Shown here one piece after another: positions 1-13,983 of a stretch of 64,000 bases of DNA (position 1 is its first letter; the number at the start of each line of letters is the position of its first letter). The notes under the pieces are model-generated. The model had not been told where the DNA came from and ran no database searches. It saw only the letters and a program-made list of their open reading frames with translations. Source of the stretch: Octopus sinensis (taxonomy: Eukaryota); contig NC_043006.1 in NCBI RefSeq assembly GCF_006345805.1, forward strand, positions 17,422,001 through 17,486,000, in the 5' to 3' direction. Made by a program: the position numbers and the translations under genes.

Positions 1-357
1 GAATAACAGTTTAGTTCCTGTTAGAATAACTATATTATTAAGAATGTAACTTTTGAAGAATGAGAGATTAAGTTAATGGTTATACTACTTAGCTGAAGAA
101 CCATCAAGACTCTTCACCATTTCCATCCCGTAAACACAGAACCCATACTTGTTCATAGACAGACAGACACACATGCACACAAAACTATATGCACTTGCAC
201 AATTACAACCACATATATGTGCAAATACATTTCGCAGATATGGCCGTGTAATAAGAAGCTTGCTTTCCAACCACATGGTTCCAGGTTCAATCCCACTGCA
301 TGGCACCTTGGGCAAGTGTCTTCTACTCTTGCATATATATATATATATATATATCTT

Positions 358-449
<92 letters not shown>

Positions 450-499
450 CAAGTGTCTTCTACCCTTGCATATATCTATATCTATCTATATATATATAT

Positions 500-880
500 A
501 CTAGCAGTATCGCCCGGCGTTGCTCAGGTTTGTAAGGGAAATAACTATAAAGCATTTTTAGAGAGTTATAGCCAAAAAATAGCAAAAAAATGATGGTAAA
601 TTTGATTTTTGAGAGTTAAAAAAGGTTGAGTTGCGTCCCCTAGACAGTTTGAGGTTCGTGTTTCTAATTCTCGACCCCATGTCGAATTTATCGATTTTTT
701 TCAGAACTGGGGGAACTTTTCAAAATTTTCGCTGCGTTAGTTTTGAATTATGACATTGGGCTATGTGTGTGTCAAGTTTCATCAGAATCGGTTGAAATCC
801 GTGGTCAGGGTGAGGGTACAAGCAAACAGACACACAGAAACATGCACAGACAAACTGCCGTTTATATAGAGAGATATATA
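500..880 (+). mobile_element. Helitron/Helentron-derived (DINE/HINE-like) element inserted in a SINE's internal microsatellite; similar start at about 2069
   Basis: Begins ACTAGC...CCCGGCGTTGCTCAGG and ends ...GCCGTTTATATAGAGAGAT. The flanking SINE halves are at 241-330 and 900-1080. Family assignment is from recalled terminal patterns only. Confidence 0.4.
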
Positions 881-1175
881 TATATAGATAGATAGATAGA
901 TCTTTGTATCTGTGTTTGTCCCCCACCACCACTTGACAATTGGTTTTGATGTGTTTACATATCTGTAACCTAGTGGTTCAGCAAAAGAAACTGATAGAAT
1001 AAGTACCAGGCTTAAAATCAATAAGTACTGGGGTTGATTTCTTCAACTAGAATTCTTCGTGGCACTGCCCCAGCATGGCCACAACACACTGCCCAGTCCA
1101 GGAATTTAAAACCACACTCTTATGATAATGAGTTCATTACCCTATCCACTAAGCCAAGTGGCTCCACACACATGT

Positions 1176-1215
<40 letters not shown>

Positions 1216-2016
1216 TCATACAAGTAAATGATAAAAGATACATGCGTGTGCATAACCCTATCGACACACAATTATACATATATGTACATTTACAAACACA
1301 TACAAATACACAGATGCATGCACACATACATACATGAATGAATGTGTTCACACATACGCATATAAACACACACAGATATGTATAGAAATACAGACACATG
1401 CATGTGTGCACTGACACATCTCCTTAGTTACACTTACATGTGTGAACAGGGGAAACAAGAAATGAAATAAAATGTAAATTGCATAAAAATACAATAAAGT
1501 AAGTTTATTATATTATTAGAACACAGTTCATTAATTACCAATTAAAACCTATTTGCGCCATTGTGGTTATATTCTGTATTTTTATATCTCACGTGTAAAA
1601 AAAATCCGTGTATGCACAAGCACATGTATACACACGTGCACACAAACACATACAACCTACAACACATGTATGCATATATATATATATATATGAACAGCTG
1701 TGGTCTTAAGAGGTTCACTTCTCAACCATGTGGTTTTGGGTTTGATCTCAATGTATGACACCGTTTGTTTTCTGCTATAGCCTCAGGCTCAACAAACCTT
1801 TAGATCTGAAAGATAGAAACCAAAATAAGACCATTGTGCATGCACACACACATATATTTATAAGACGAAGGGAAAAAGGGATTAAAAATTCCAGGCTGAT
1901 GTCAATAAAGCACTGAGTTTTAAATGAACTTATCAAACAATCAGGCACCAATGTTGGCTTTCTGTGGTGAATTAAAGATGTGATTTTCTGTATCCGTATT
2001 TTTGTTATCTATATGT

Positions 2017-2069
<53 letters not shown>

Positions 2070-2449
2070 CTAGCTGTTGTACCTGGTATTCTCAGGGGTA
2101 AAGATGTTCTATTTAAACGCCATATTACTCTGATACAAAAAAGTAATTTCGTTGTAAATGCCACAAAAGGTGTATTTTCCATCGCGAAAAAGTACAAAAA
2201 ACTGTCAGCTGGAAGAGGGAGAGATTGTCGGAGGTTGGTGAGAAAGGCTTTCAGAGGTTAGTGAGAAAGATTGCCAGAGGTTGGTGAGAGAGGTTTTCGG
2301 AGTTGGCGAGAGATTCCATCTACAGCTGGTTATCAGTACTTCTTTATACAACTATCTTCATCTGTATGCATTACCAGTGCAGTCATCTTTCTGATACGCT
2401 ACATCTCATTCCGCTTATACCCAATGTTTCTCTCAGCACATTTGCACTT

Positions 2450-2740
2450 TGTCCTTATGCCGCTGTTCCATATGCATCACCAATGCAATCTTCTCTCTTA
2501 CACCAATGCAGTCTCCTCTCTGTTCCATATGCATCACCAATGCAGTCTCCTCTCTGTTCCATATGCATCACCAATGCAGTCTCCTCTCTGTTCCATATGC
2601 ATCACCAATGCAATCTTCTCTCTTGCACCAATGCAGTCTTCTCTCTGTTCCATATGCATCACCAATGCAATCTTCTCTCTTGCACCAATGCAGTCTTCTC
2701 TCTGTTCCATATGCATCATAATGCAGTCTTCTCTCTTGCA
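2450..2740. repeat. Compound minisatellite (~34-bp unit catatgcatcaccaatgcagtctcctctctgttc alternating with a ~23-bp variant)
   Basis: Direct repetition, which explains ORFs 2271, 2303, 2449 and 2534. Confidence 0.9.
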
Positions 2741-3763
2741 CACTACGTCTGATCCCTCTTATACCCTATTTTCCTCTCAACACATTTGCATTTTATCATT
2801 CATGCACATTGATTTTGCACAGCCAGCAGAGTATGCTAGCTTCATTTCTTACTAGCTATTGCATGTCCTCTGCATTCATAGCTTACATTTCACTATCATC
2901 CAGCATTGTTGTTTGTAAACAAGCATCATACAATCTGCTCTTAACTCTGAGAGAGATGCTTTTTTGTTATCAACCGAGATAATGGCTCTCTGAACTTTCT
3001 CCATCCTATTATTATTCTAGCAACCATGCTTTCAGAGCAACCTCCTCCATTGTCAGTTAGGTCACCTATCTTTTGCTTTTTAGTTGTTTCAGTTATTTGA
3101 CTGTGGCTATGCTGGAGCACCACCTTGAAGGGTTTTAGTAAAAAAAATAGGCCCTAAGACTAATTGTTTAAAGCCTACCACTTATTGTATTGGTCTTATT
3201 TGTTGAACTGCTAAGTTACAAAGATGTAAACACACCAATACCAGTTGTCAAGTGGTAGTGGGCAAAAACAGACACTAAAACACACGCATATGCACAGACA
3301 CACTTATACATAAATGTCTGTCTCTGTCTCTTTCTGTGTGTGTGTGTGTGTATACACAGGGATGGCCATAAGTTGCTTTACCTATTTCTAATAATAATAA
3401 AGAAATGGGTAAAGCGACTTATGGTCATCCCTGTATATATATATATATATAAAAACACACACACATACACATATGTGTATATACATATATACACATATCC
3501 ATACATGTATGTGTGTGTGTGTATATATATATATATATAATATATATATATATAGTTGAAAGTTTCAGAAAAACAAAAGATGAAGATAGGTGTATGAACA
3601 ACAAGCAAGTGTATTAGTTTGATGCTCAGGAAAGTGAGAAAGTCTTTCATGTTTCAAGCCTACGCTCTTCAAGTGAAAGGAATAAGAGAAAATAAACAGA
3701 GAGAGAATAAAAAAAAAACTTGTGGATTTAGTGATCAAGCATACACACACACACACAAATATT

Positions 3764-3794
<31 letters not shown>

Positions 3795-3820
3795 CACACA
3801 CATGCATATTTACATATACA

Positions 3821-4629
3821 TACAGGGTTCACTGAATATATTCCCATCTAAATAAGAATGATACTAACATTTCATTTTAACAGATATATTTACCAAAATT
3901 ACATAAATATATCTTGACATACTAAAGAGTAAATTTATTCAATAAAATCGCCATTGGCTTCAACCACACCCTCCAGATGACTTCAGAATCAGCTGCAACT
4001 CTTCTGGATGGTTTCCTTGTTGAAGTTGGTCAATGCTGCCATAATCCTTGCCTTCAGTTCATCTTCAGTGTTACAAGGAGTTTTCTTGGTCTCTCACTAA
4101 ACTGTGCCCCACACATAATAATGAAGTGGGGTTGCAGTCTGGGGAGTTAGGTGGCCAGATGTTAGGGGTAATGTGGTCACAGAAATTGTCTGACAACCCT
4201 GACTGGGTTCTCCTGCTAGTGTGGCATGGTGCAGAGTTTTGTTACCAGACATAGGGTCTTCCAGCAGCCACCCTCTTGACCCAGCACAGCACTACCTCCT
4301 CCAAGCACTTGATGCAGGTCTCTGTGTCAAGTTTCAGGCTGTGTGGGAAGATGAAAGGAGGCATAATGTCACCAGTGTTGACTGGATGTTTGATTTTTAT
4401 CACCCCCAGTACATGTCCTCAGATTGACACCCTTTGTTCATATTGGCCAAGCAGTACAGCATCTCATTTCAAAATTTCCAACTGTGTGAATTGCGTCATG
4501 TTGCTGGATTTCTCACAAATGGTGCCCAACTGACCCAACTATACTGTGTAGTCAACAAAATCAAAAACAAACAAGCATGTATGAAATTAAAAATATAAAG
4601 TTGTGACAAATTACACATTGCTCCCTGTA
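3821..4629 (-). mobile_element. Decayed Tc1/mariner-superfamily transposon (maT/rosa-like C-terminal transposase remnant)
   Basis: The minus strand translates to ...GRPYVW*QNSAPCHTSRRTQ...WPPNSPDCNP...YYVWG...EANGDFIE*. The ends are TACAGGG and CCCTGTA. Confidence 0.75.
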
Positions 4630-7600
4630 TATATATATATATATATATATATACCCACCCACATATATAATATATATATATTGTGTATACATATTGGAAT
4701 AAAATAAAGGATACATACATCATGCAGTTTAAACCTTTTGTTCCCAATGCATGTTCTGTGTGTGTGTGTGTGTGTTTGTGTGCATGTGTTTGTCACCCCA
4801 ACATCGCTTGACAACCGATGCTGGTGTGTTTACGTCCCCGTAACTTAGCGGTTCAGCAAAAGGGAATGATAGAATAAGTACTAGGCTAACAAAGAATAAA
4901 TCCTGGGGTCGATTTGTTCGACTAAATGCGGTGCTCCAGCATGGCCGCAGTCAAATGACTGAAACAAGTAATAGAATTAAAAAAATACAAGAAAATATCC
5001 TTTATGTATTTCTATGTACAGTTTATATTTTCCTATTTCCCATTTCTTTGTCTATATGTTTATATCATCATCATCATTGTCATCGTCATCATCATTTTAC
5101 CATTCACTTTTTCATGCTTGCATGGGTTAGATGGAAATTGTTGAGGCAAATTTTCTACAGCCAGATACATTTTCCTTTCAGCAGCCCTGATTGTTTCCAA
5201 GCAAAGCAATATTTCCCCATGGCTGGGCATGTTTTTCATGGAACATTGGAAATGAATGATGCTATGTGCATTGTATGACAGTGATGCTCATTTTAAAACC
5301 GAGTCATGATGTCAAGTCAAGGAGACATAAACACACACACACAAACATAAATACATGTGTTCATATATATGAAATCGAAATCATATTTGATGACTGGCAC
5401 CCATGCTAGTGGAGCGCTATGAGTACCATATGAGTAAGATCGTTGCCAGAGCAATAAGCTGGCCCCCATGCCGATGGCACACTAAAAACACCATTCAAGT
5501 GTGTTCGTGACCTGCGTCGCCTTACTGGCACTTGTGCTGGTGGCACGTGAAAAAACATTCGAGCGAGGTTGTTGCCAGTGCCACTGGACTGGTTCTTGTG
5601 CAGGTGGCACATAAAAAGCACCATTTGAGCATGGCCGTTGCCAGTACCGCCTGACTGGCCCTCGTGCCGGTGGCACATAAAAGCACCCACTACACTCTTG
5701 GAGAGGTTGGCGTTAGGAAGGGCATCCAGCTGTAGAAACTCTGCCAGATCAAGATTGGAGTCTGATGCAGCCATCTGGTTCGCCAGACCTCAGTGAAATC
5801 GTCCAACCCATGCTAGCATGGAAAGCGGACGTTAAACGATGATGATGATGATGATGATATATATATAGCCACAGGTGTGGTTTTGTGGTAAGCTTGCTTC
5901 CCAGTCATATGGTTCTTAGTTCAGTCACCTTGGGCAAGTGTTTTCTTCTATAGCCATGGGCCAACCAAAGCCTTGTGGGTGGATTTGGTAGATGGAAACT
6001 GAAAGAAGCCCAATATATTTTTATATATATATATATGTGTGTGTGTGTTTCTGTCTCTGTTTGTCCCACTCCCACACCGCTTGGCAACTGGTGTTGGTGT
6101 ATTTGCATCCCTGTAACTTAGTGGTTCAGCAAAGAGACTGATAGAACAAGTACCAGGCTTAAAAAAATAAAAGAACTGGGATCGATTCAGTCAACTAAAA
6201 ATTCAAGGCAGTTTCCCAGTATGGCTGCAGTCTAATAACTGAAACAAGTAAAAGGCAAAATATATATACACATATATAAATTAATATATAAATATATATC
6301 AAGGGCAAACAAGTATGTATACAAGTCCTCTACATGCTATAAGAAGACGCTAATGTCTAAAAACTATTTAACATATCACCATAAAATAACATGCGCCGTA
6401 CTTGTACTTGTTTGCCCTTGATATATATTTATATATTAATTTATATGTTGATTAATTTTACCTTAATCAGCTGACTGCATGCTAACTACCTGATAAAATC
6501 TAATGTAGATTTTATTCTTAATTTTTAAAATATATATATATCATCATCATCATTTAACATCTATTTTCCATGCTGGCATGGGTTGAACGGTTTGACTGAA
6601 GTCTGGAGAGCCAGCAGCTGCAACAGACAGAAACTGAAAGAAGCCCATTGTATATATGTATGTACATATCTATGTGTCTTTGTGTCTGTGTTTGTCCCCC
6701 TATCACCACTTGACAACTGGTACTGGTGTGTTTATGTCCCTGTAACTTAGTAGTTCAGCAAAAGAGGCCAATATAATAAGTATCAAGCTTAAAAAAATAA
6801 GTCCTGGACTAAAACCCTTCAAGGTGGTGCCCCAGCACGGCCCCAGTCAAATGACTGAAACAAGTAAAAGATAAGAGATATGAAGAAAGGGGGCCAGAAT
6901 AGATGTCTTGTTGTAGATGAGACATGTGAATGAATGCTCACATTAAAAAAGAGTGTGTGGGAGAAATCAGTGAAGAGCTGGAGCAATAATGATGGTGGTG
7001 ATGAAGTCTCAAGCTAGGCCCCCAGGTTGGGGTAGAACTGCAGAAAGAGTCACTGGGTAGTGATTTCAGGGATGGTTAAAGATTGGACAGGGTGGGGAGG
7101 TGGGAGTCAAATATACTGAATGATGAACAAGGGTTGATCCAAGGGAGTAAGGTTGTTAATGATAAATATGATTTGGATGGTTGGTGTTAGCAGCTACAAT
7201 TTGGATTGGGTTGTGGAGTGAATTTAGTAAATGGTCAATGGTCGGTCTATGATATATATCAAATAGATGTCTTATAAAACTATTCCACACATACAATAAC
7301 AGCCATACTAACAATCCAACACACCTTCATCCTATTTACACTAGCTTTGCCAAGCAGTCTGTTTTACAGCTCTTCTAAACCTTATAACTGGATCAAAACT
7401 AACAGCCACGATGCAGGGATAAGGACATAGGCTCCACTCTTGGAAGAAAAAAAACGAATGCATATATACAAATTAGTATATATCCATTTACCTAATTGCC
7501 TTATCCTTAAAATCCAACTTAACCACACACACCAGGAGCCTGCCAATGGGGAACTAAGTCCATACTGTACCAAGGTAGAGTGAGTTAAAGTGGGGGAAGG

Positions 7601-8301
7601 CCGGAGGGAATGGGACTTCAGTACAGTCTCCATCTACCAATTCCACATACAAGGAAATGATCAGCCTGATGTTATGGTTGGAAACACTTGCCCAAGGTGT
7701 CAATTAGTGGGAAGGAAAATCCCAAACGATGTGAAAGTGAAGCAAAGTTTCTAATTATGCAGCCATGCCCATGTCTGTGTGTGTGTGTGTGTGTATATAC
7801 ATACAGACACAAATACACAGTCACGCACACACATATACACACTTAATTTATGTTTGTGAGTGTATATGTGTGTGTATATATTACAGTCATAAATACTCAG
7901 TCATGCATAATACATTTATACACACACAATTTATATGTTTGTGAATATGTGTATAGCTATGTGTATATATATGCACATGTATGTGTGTTATGTATATATG
8001 TGAGAGTTTCTATCGATGTATATGTATATATTTCTATGTATATGTAGGTGATAGTATACATGTATATATGTATGTGTGTGTTTATACAGCTAGATATATA
8101 TATATCTATATGTCTAAATATCTGTTTCTCTATCTATCTAACTATCTATCCATACATACATACATACATATTTATATATGGTATATGTATACCTATATAT
8201 AATTTACACTTATATAAAAACATACATTCATGCATACTTTCATGCACACACACACACACATAACATATATATATATAAATTATATATATATATACCATAT
8301 A

Positions 8302-8344
<43 letters not shown>

Positions 8345-8579
8345 ACTTTATATATATATACTATATATATATATACTTTATAATATATTAACTATATTAT
8401 ATATACTATATATATATATACTAATATATATATACTTATATATATATACTATATATATATATACTATATATATATATACTATATATAGATATATATATAT
8501 ATATATTATATATATATATACTTTATATATATATATACTTTATATATAATCTTATATATATATATATAATATAATATAT

Positions 8580-8613
<34 letters not shown>

Positions 8614-8689
8614 CACACAACACACACATACACACTCACCCACCTGTATATAGTAAGTGCTATCTTCCTAATATAAGCGTTTCGATTTT

Positions 8690-9260
8690 GTTTTGTTGTC
8701 AATAATCACACAACTACATCTTCTCTCAATAACTTCTCTCTATATTTCTTCTCTTTTACTGCATCTCTGTCAAAAACTGCTGCTGCTTCTGTTGCTGCTG
8801 CTGCTTCTCGTATTGTCATTGCTGCCTTCACCTACACAGAGCAGTTCTATGAGAAAGTTCCTCGTAACCGATTGGAGCTATTGGCTAAAGGATTTAAATT
8901 ATTGATTTTCTTAGCATGAGAATATATTCCGAACCGTACCCTCCTGTTGATAGCGATTCTTTTGTTTTATGTCTGCGGTGTTCGGGTGGGTTCCTATGTA
9001 GAAGGGATACTTTCCGAATTTGATGCTTAAAAAAAAAAAGAAAAGAAAAAAAAAGAAAGAAAAGGTGTATTATGCAGCACATTATAAAACAGCAGCTTTG
9101 GCAGCAGCAGCAGCCACCGCGATGATTAGATGTGTGGATGTAGAGAATCTAGCAGCACATAGAACGATGTAGTTGTAAAGAATTGGTTATTTTCTTTGTG
9201 CCGATTCCTCTCTCAGAATCCGTATTAGTAGAAAATCCAAGTTTAACGCGCTTATAGTTA
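8690..9260 (+). promoter_or_regulatory. Candidate promoter/5'UTR region of the + strand gene
   Basis: Unique, repeat-poor segment with local CpG enrichment and (GCT)n/(CAG)n tracts about 0.5-1 kb upstream of ATG 9774. It contains a 35-codon uORF (8916-9023). Confidence 0.3.
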
Positions 9261-9773
9261 ATAACCCTTCTTCATTCTTGTCATGGTTATTTATAGATTT
9301 TTGGATTTTTTAAACATGACATTGGGTAGAGCTGGTAATCTAAATTTATTCTTAGTTAGATCTCTAAAATCTCTAAACAAGATTAAAACTGGAATTTTGT
9401 TTTTCTTTATATTTTTTTGCTACAATGTTTTTATCACTTTTCTACTTTTCTTTCTTTCTTAAAACAATGTAAAAAGTAAAAAATGTATTATAACTTCATT
9501 TAGTGTGTAGGCATGGCTTAAAAAGTTATCTCCACACTAGACAAGTTGTTGCTTCCTTGCGTGAAAAATAAAAAAAAAAAAGAACCAATACATAAACAAA
9601 AAAAAAAAACACACGCCAAACCAAAGACCCAAACAATATTAAATATATTTTTCTAATCTATTAATTATTCCCACTTTTTTCATTAAGGGAATCTTAGTCT
9701 CATAGAATTTTTTCATCGTCCAAGAAATTTTGTAGTCTTTTATTTTTTTCATGATTTTTACTTTGTTAATTGT

Positions 9774-10004
9774 ATGAATAGCTATATGTCCAGGAAAACC
9801 ATTTCTCAGACTCCTTCTCGGTTGAGCTTAGAAAGCCCTGTTCTGGAATATAATAATAATTTGGCCAACTCAGGGTCGTCATTATCTTTGACCATGCTGC
9901 AGGTCAACAAAGAATATCATAACCAGTCGCGTACAAGTTTAGCGTCGATTTTTGAGGATTTAGCTATAATCCGACGTTCTTTCCTCAAACGAGGATCTGA
10001 TATG
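9774..10004 (+). CDS. Putative first coding exon of an unidentified multi-exon gene (MNSYMSRK...RRSFLKRGSDM)
   Basis: ATG at 9774, 77 codons of non-repetitive sequence, then a consensus donor ATG|GTAAGT at 10005 (phase 0). It lies downstream of a CpG-enriched unique region. Confidence 0.6.
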
Positions 10005-10642
10005 GTAAGTTTATTTGTTTTGTTTTTTTCTGCCCCACTTTCTGTAGTAAACAAATTTAACCTTTATAAAAATAGTTATAAAATATTTTCCAATTATGGA
10101 AAAAAAAAATTCTGAAAATATAAAAAAAAAAAAATAGGATTATTCATTGTTTTCTGTTTTGTTCTTTTTCTTTAAATTGAATTCTTTGTTGAGTTTTAAG
10201 AATAATTTCCTTTCTCTCACATGGTTTATACCAATTACAATCTCAATGTAATTCCGATTCGCTTATTTACCATTCTCTTTGTTTATATGTTTACTTATTT
10301 ATTTGTATAATATATTCAAAGTTGTCTAACAACTTGTTGAATTTTGTCTCACATTCACAACAGTGTAAACAATTCAATCATTTAGTTTGAAGATAAAGAA
10401 ATTTAATTTCAGTATCACTTACCAAAATATATAATACTCTGCAAAAGACAAACTGCTTTGTTTTTTTTTAATATTTTACTTTATCATTATTATTTTTTCT
10501 TTCAACCTTTTGGGGTCAACAAAATAAGGTATCAGCCAAGAATCAGGGTCAATAAAATTGATTATCCCTCCCTCCTCTCATTTACTAGCCTTGTGCCTAA
10601 GCCAGGAACCATCATCATAATCATTACTATTCTTATTATTAC

Positions 10643-10683
<41 letters not shown>

Positions 10684-10928
10684 TATTATTATGGTGAGCT
10701 GGCAGAATTGTTAGAACACTGAAGAAAATGCCCAGTGGCAGGCATTTGTTCCAACTCATTACAGTCTGAGTTCAAATACCACAGAGGTTGACTTTGCCTT
10801 TCATCCCTTCAAGGGATGAAATAATAAGATAAAGTAACCATCAAGTACCAAGATCAATGTAATTGCCTAGCACCCTCCCCCACTTAATTTCAGGCCTTGT
10901 GCCTATAGCAGAAAAGATTATTATTATA

Positions 10929-10972
<44 letters not shown>

Positions 10973-11505
10973 GATGGTGAGTTTGTAGAATCACTAGAGC
11001 ATTGGGTAAAATGCTTTGCAAAACCTTTTCTGACCCATTATACTCTGAGTTCAAATCTCACTACGGTCAACTTTGCTTTCCATTAATTTTGTGTTGATAG
11101 AATAATGAACTTGTCAAATACTGGACTGATGTTATCACCTTAACTACCACCCCTCAAATTGATGGCCTTGTGCCAAAATTAGAAATTCTTCTCCTTACTG
11201 TTGTTGTTATTATTATTAAGGTGAGCTGGCAAATTTTAATTGCCCATTGATGGTATTTCATCTGTCTTTACAACCTGTATCCAAATTCTACTGAGGCCAA
11301 GTCCCCTTTTAATCCTTTTAGGGCTGATAAAATACAATAGCAGTCAAGCACAGAGGCCGATGTAACTGACTGGCCATTTCCCACCAAAATTTCAGGCTTT
11401 ATGCCTATAGTAGGAATTATTATTATCATTATTATTATTTTTTTTTCTGTAGTTTCAGCTCAAAGCTGCAACCATGCTGATGCACCATCATTATCATCAT
11501 CATCA

Positions 11506-11549
<44 letters not shown>

Positions 11550-13174
11550 TATTATTATTAAGGCACTAAGCTGGCAGAATTGATAATACATAAAACAAAA
11601 TGCTTAGTGGTATTTCTTCCAGATCTTTATATTCTGTGTTCAAATGCTGCTAAGGTCAACTTTGCCCCACCATATTTTTCTGGGTCAATAAAATAAAGTA
11701 CTAGTCAAGTACTGGGGTTGATGTAATCGACCTGTCCCCTCTCCCTTCAAAATTGATGGCCTTGAGCAAAATGCTTAGTGACATTTTGTTTGTTACGTTC
11801 TAGTTCAGTCGAGGTCAACTTTGCCTTTCTCATCCTTTTGGGGTCAATGTCAACAACTAACTTTCTCCACCCAAGAAATTTCAGGCTTTGTACCTATAGT
11901 AGAAAAAAAAAATTATTATTTCTTTTTTCATGTACTTTACAAACTATTATACTTGAATTCAAAATACTAGAGTAGAGAACCTCATATAATTAATGATATA
12001 TATATATCATCATCATCATTTAACGTCTGTTTTCCATGCTAGCATGGGTTGGACGGTTCGACCGGGGTCTGGTAAGCCATGGAGGCTGCACCAGGCTTGG
12101 TATATATATATATATATATATATATACTCTAGTGTATATAATATATATATATATAGACTCTAGTGTATATATATATTATATATATACACTAGAGTATATA
12201 TATATAATATATATACACACTAGAGTATATATATAATTATATAGTATATATATATATATATAATATTATTATATATCTAGTATATATATATATATATATA
12301 TATATTACATATAATATTACTCTAGAACTCTAGTATATAATATATATATATATATACTATCTATATATTTATATATATATATAAATACTAGAGTAGAGAA
12401 CCTCATATAATTAATGATATATATATATATTTGTACGAGCATTTTCTTTTTGAGTCTCTTTTTGTATGTAACACCTTTGTATCTCATTGTCTATGTTCTC
12501 TGTGTCAATCATATTCACATTTAAATAACATATAACTAAGACCAACGAAGTTTATGTGTGTACGAGAATCAAATACAGCTTGCCGAATTGATTTGAGAAA
12601 GAATAAGCAACAAGTGTTCTTTTTTATTTTTGCACTGCTGTACAAAAGCATCGTTCATAATCTCACTCGGCTCTCCTTACCCATAGATTTTAAAGGAACA
12701 GAAAAAGTCATGAGGTCTGTCCCCCCTCTCCTGAAGCTAACTGCGTATGCATGTACGAGAGGAAACTGTTGAATATATTTGTGTATGTTATATATGTATA
12801 TTGTGTGTGTGTATATTTAAATATATTTATATATATGTATATATATTTATTGCATGTGGAAGGAAACTATTGAATGTATTTTGTGTGTATGTATACAAAC
12901 ATGCACATACTCTTTCTCTCTCTCTCTCTCTCTCACACACTCTCACACACACACACACACACACACAACACACACACACACACACATCCCAGACTAAGTA
13001 TTTCCATTGATACAATGAATTGAAGACCATTTTCAAGCAGTACCCCAGCATGACCATGATTCAAAAACTGAGTTCAGTTAAAGAAGATATATATATGTGT
13101 GTGTGTGTGTGTGTGTTTGTTTGTTTGTTTGTGTGTGTGTGTGTTTGTTTGTTTGTTTGTTTGTTTGTGTATTT

Positions 13175-13378
13175 AAGCGGGTGCTGAAAAGTTCCTGGCT
13201 TTGGGTAAAAGAAAATAGAGGAGGATCAATTAATTATGATTTTATTCAACATTTTCCCCTCTCAGACTCACACACTTATTGCAGCAGTTCTTCAGTTTTT
13301 CTAAGCCCTGTAAATGAATTCCAACCAGGTCATTTGCAATACCCTTAAAGGCAGGAAATTTTCAGTACCCCCTCATAT
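13175..13378. mobile_element. Mariner-type MITE; related copies at about 16160-16350 and 59040-59260
   Basis: Imperfect TIRs of the type ggtgctgaaaagttcctgg / ggaaattttcagtacccctc, with the same internal sequence in three places. Confidence 0.65.
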
Positions 13379-13379
13379 A

Positions 13380-13414
<35 letters not shown>

Positions 13415-13585
13415 ACAGCTGTAGCTCTATGGTAAGAAGTTTGCTTCCCAATCACATGGTCCCAGTTTCAATACCACTGCATGGCAATTTGGGAATGCAT
13501 CTCCTACTATAGCTTTGGGCCAACCAAACCTTTGTGAGTAGATTTGCTAGATGGTAACTGAATGGAGACCATCACATATACACAG

Positions 13586-13635
<50 letters not shown>

Positions 13636-13944
13636 TATATATATATATAATATATACACACACACGCGCGCGCGCACACACATGCACACACACACATATA
13701 CACATCTATGTGTGTGTCCATCCAAGTTTGTGTTTGTCTCCCACCACTGCTTGATAGCTGGTGTTGGTGTGTTTACATCCCCATAACTTAACAGTTCAGC
13801 AAAATCGATAGAATAAGTATCAAGCTTTAAAAAAAATCAGGCTGATCTGTTTTATTATTAAAATTCTTCAAGACAATGCCTCAGCATGTCTGCAGTCTAT
13901 AGACAAAAACAAGTAAATGATAAAGGTGTGTGTGTGTGTGTATC

Positions 13945-13983
<39 letters not shown>

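Noticed and set aside
775-790. CTGATGA on the minus strand
   Set aside because: No stem II or GAAA follows in hammerhead order. CTGAAGA at about 93, 10718 and 46685 fails for the same reason.
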